Below are positions 59,199 through 61,208 of a stretch of 61,208 bases of DNA, one piece after another (within the stretch, counting starts at the first letter, position 1; each line of letters opens with the position of its first letter). Source of the stretch: a virus (lineage: Duplodnaviria; Heunggongvirae; Uroviricota; Caudoviricetes; Herelleviridae). A model generated the notes under the pieces. It saw nothing but the letters and a program-made list of their open reading frames with translations. It searched no databases and was not told where the DNA came from. A program made the position numbers and the translations under genes. The stretch lies in the IMG/VR virus record IMGVR_UViG_2706796076_000001; one strand, given 5' to 3'.

Positions 59199-59510
59199 TT
59201 GGAAAAAGATATTTTAAAGTTTATTGATTCGTATATTACAGCTCAATCAACAGAAAACTACCAAAGAGCTAACCAATTAGAAGAAGAAGGAAAAGATAAA
59301 ACAGCTTCTTATACAGACTTAGCTAAAGCAATTACTAACTTAACTATGGGAGTATCTAAACAGTTAGATGATATTGAAGAAAGTTATAATATGAACCTCA
59401 ATATCCTAATTGATGCTTTAAGACAAGCTGATATGATTAATGATGATGTGATTGATTTTATTCAAGAAAAATTAGAAGAAATTGATAAAGAAGAAGAGGA
59501 GAATGAATAA
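59199..59510 (+). CDS. Conserved hypothetical protein (TTG start)
   Basis: 103 aa; AGGAGG RBS. Confidence 0.78.
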   Translation: MEKDILKFIDSYITAQSTENYQRANQLEEEGKDKTASYTDLAKAITNLTMGVSKQLDDIEESYNMNLNILIDALRQADMINDDVIDFIQEKLEEIDKEEEENE

Positions 59511-59944
59511 TGACTAAAGTAACAGAAACAGAATTAAAAACATGGTTAACAACTTTATTAAAAGCAAAAGCAGAAGGTTCAGAAATTACACAAAAACAAC
59601 AAAAAGAATTACAAGAGATTGGTAAAAAACAAGTAGACTTAGAGACAGCTACTGTAATTGCTCAAAGAATTTCTGAACAAAACCAACGAGAACTATTAGG
59701 TATTATTGATAATGCATGGAACTATATTGATTTAATTTTAGTTTTATTAGAATCTGAAGTAGGTATTACAGATGAACAAGCTAAAAAAGCATCTGAGAAA
59801 GTAAATAAAAAACGTGAAGAATTCTTACAAAATAAACAAGAAGAGTTTAAAAAACAACAAGAAGATAGTTTTGAGCCAGATAAAGAACCAGATAAACAGG
59901 AAGATTCTGAGAAAGTCGTTAAAATGACACCTAAAAATGACTAA
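59510..59944 (+). CDS. Conserved hypothetical coiled-coil protein
   Basis: 144 aa; coupled; GAGGAG RBS. Confidence 0.75.
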   Translation: MTKVTETELKTWLTTLLKAKAEGSEITQKQQKELQEIGKKQVDLETATVIAQRISEQNQRELLGIIDNAWNYIDLILVLLESEVGITDEQAKKASEKVNKKREEFLQNKQEEFKKQQEDSFEPDKEPDKQEDSEKVVKMTPKND

Positions 59945-60548
59945 CTCTAAAAAGAAAGGCGATGCGTTTGAGAGAAAGACAGCCAAAATTCTAGGGGAGT
60001 GGTGGGGTGAGAAATTTAACCGCTCTCCACAATCAGGAGGAGCAAGTTGGGCTAGCGATAATAACGCAGTAGGTGATATTGTTACTCCAGCAGGCTCTAA
60101 CTTTCCTCTTGTTATAGAATGTAAACATCGTGAAAATTGGTTAATTGATAACGTATTGCTTAATAATAAAGAAACACATACATGGTGGCAACAAGTAGTA
60201 AATGATAGTGACGAGGTAGGAAAAGTACCTTGTCTTATTTTTACTAGAAATAGGGCTTCTACTTATGTTGCTTTACCATATATTGAAGAAGTTTATAACG
60301 ACTTAAGAGAAGAAGAATATCCTGTTATGAGAACTGATTTTATTATCAAAAATATACGTGAAGATAAATTTTATTACGATGTTTTAATAACCACGATAGA
60401 CGGGTTGACTGGATTTAAACCTTGCTATATTATTAATCACTATTCGGAATTTGAGACAATTCCATATAAGAAGGTTGATTCTAAGGTAACTGAAACAAGT
60501 AATAAAGATGAAGATAAGTTGATAGACAACCTTCTTGATAATATTTAA
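59937..60548 (+). CDS. Holliday junction resolvase (Hjc-like PD-(D/E)xK)
   Basis: SKKKGDAFER...GDIV...IECK motifs. Confidence 0.88.
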   Translation: MTNSKKKGDAFERKTAKILGEWWGEKFNRSPQSGGASWASDNNAVGDIVTPAGSNFPLVIECKHRENWLIDNVLLNNKETHTWWQQVVNDSDEVGKVPCLIFTRNRASTYVALPYIEEVYNDLREEEYPVMRTDFIIKNIREDKFYYDVLITTIDGLTGFKPCYIINHYSEFETIPYKKVDSKVTETSNKDEDKLIDNLLDNI

Positions 60549-60565
60549 GAAGGAAGAGATACAAT

Positions 60566-60964
60566 ATGACAAGCAAAGAAAGACCATTAATAGTTTACTT
60601 TTCAGGAACAGGTCAAACAGAAAAGTTAGTAAATAAAATAAATCCTGATAACTCATTTGAGACATTAAGAGTTAAAACAGGTAAAGAAGTTATTAATAGA
60701 GATTATATATTAATTACACCAACATATATGAAAGGTGAAATGCCTGTACAGATAAAAAAATTAATTAATAATAACCATCCCCCTAAAGAAGTTATTGGAA
60801 CAGGAAATAAACAATGGGGTAAATTTTTCTGTGGAGCAGGAAGAACAATTTCTAACATGTTTAATATACCTCTAATTGCTAAAGTTGAGCAATCAGGACA
60901 TTTTAATGAAGTAGAAAATATATTAAATTACTTTAAAGAAAATTATAAAGTGATTGGAGCATAG
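60566..60964 (+). CDS. nrdI: NrdI flavodoxin
   Basis: YFSGTGQT, LITPTY and GTGNKQWGKFFCGAG motifs. Confidence 0.93.
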   Translation: MTSKERPLIVYFSGTGQTEKLVNKINPDNSFETLRVKTGKEVINRDYILITPTYMKGEMPVQIKKLINNNHPPKEVIGTGNKQWGKFFCGAGRTISNMFNIPLIAKVEQSGHFNEVENILNYFKENYKVIGA

Positions 60965-60968
60965 ATAA

Positions 60969-61208
60969 ATGGCAAAGAATTATGGAAAATGGATTGAATT
61001 AAATAACGAAATTACCCAGCTGGATGAGTATGGTAAAAATAAATTATATAAAGATAAAGAAGCTCTAAAAGAGTATGAAGATTATGTTAAGTCTAATACA
61101 AGAGAGTTTGATAATGAAGTAGATAGAGTTAGAGTATTGACAAAAGAAGGCTCTTATGATAAAGTACTAGATAACGTGCCTGATACTATTATTAAAGAGA
61201 TGACAGAA
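60969..61208 (+). CDS. nrdE: Ribonucleotide reductase class Ib large subunit, 5' part (runs off the window)
   Basis: WIELNNEI...KDKEAL N-terminus typical of NrdE; follows nrdI. Confidence 0.85.
   Translation, partial: MAKNYGKWIELNNEITQLDEYGKNKLYKDKEALKEYEDYVKSNTREFDNEVDRVRVLTKEGSYDKVLDNVPDTIIKEMTE

Noticed and set aside
722-60665. All other minus-strand ORFs in the track (60-129 aa)
   Set aside because: They lie almost entirely over plus-strand genes, with shadow-like composition and no recognisable motifs or RBS.
1-61208. tRNA, rRNA, CRISPR arrays, reverse transcriptase/DGR
   Set aside because: None recognised; the intergenic gaps are short or explained by introns, promoters and terminators. 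A covariance-model search would be needed to exclude small RNAs fully.

Overview
This is a 61-kb, AT-rich, all-plus-strand segment of a Twort/K-like myovirus (Herelleviridae, Twortvirinae). It is probably a phage of coagulase-negative staphylococci, inferred from gene order and a poly-gamma-glutamate hydrolase. It runs from the large terminase through head, tail, tape measure, baseplate and receptor-binding genes to the replication/recombination block, ending in nrdI and the start of nrdE. Parasitic elements are dense: four group I introns (terL, two in the tail tube gene around a 29-nt micro-exon, one in the tape-measure gene), a free-standing Vsr-like/NUMOD endonuclease, a LAGLIDADG intein in a helicase, and a tnpB-only IS element whose empty site can be reconstructed. 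Top finding: the tape-measure intron appears to have two alternative 3' ends. One AT-rich docking strand (23462-23485) can pair with either of two selector strands. Each selector is followed by the same TATGG motif and by a paralogous C-terminal module with a different muralytic domain (GH73 glucosaminidase or lytic transglycosylase). This suggests mutually exclusive alternative self-splicing that swaps the cell-wall-degrading domain of the tape measure. Second lead: an unannotated 44-aa basic peptide resembling ArfA/BrfA ribosome-rescue factors, coupled to a possible RelE/DUF4258-like nuclease. All family calls are from motif recognition and recall, not database searches.
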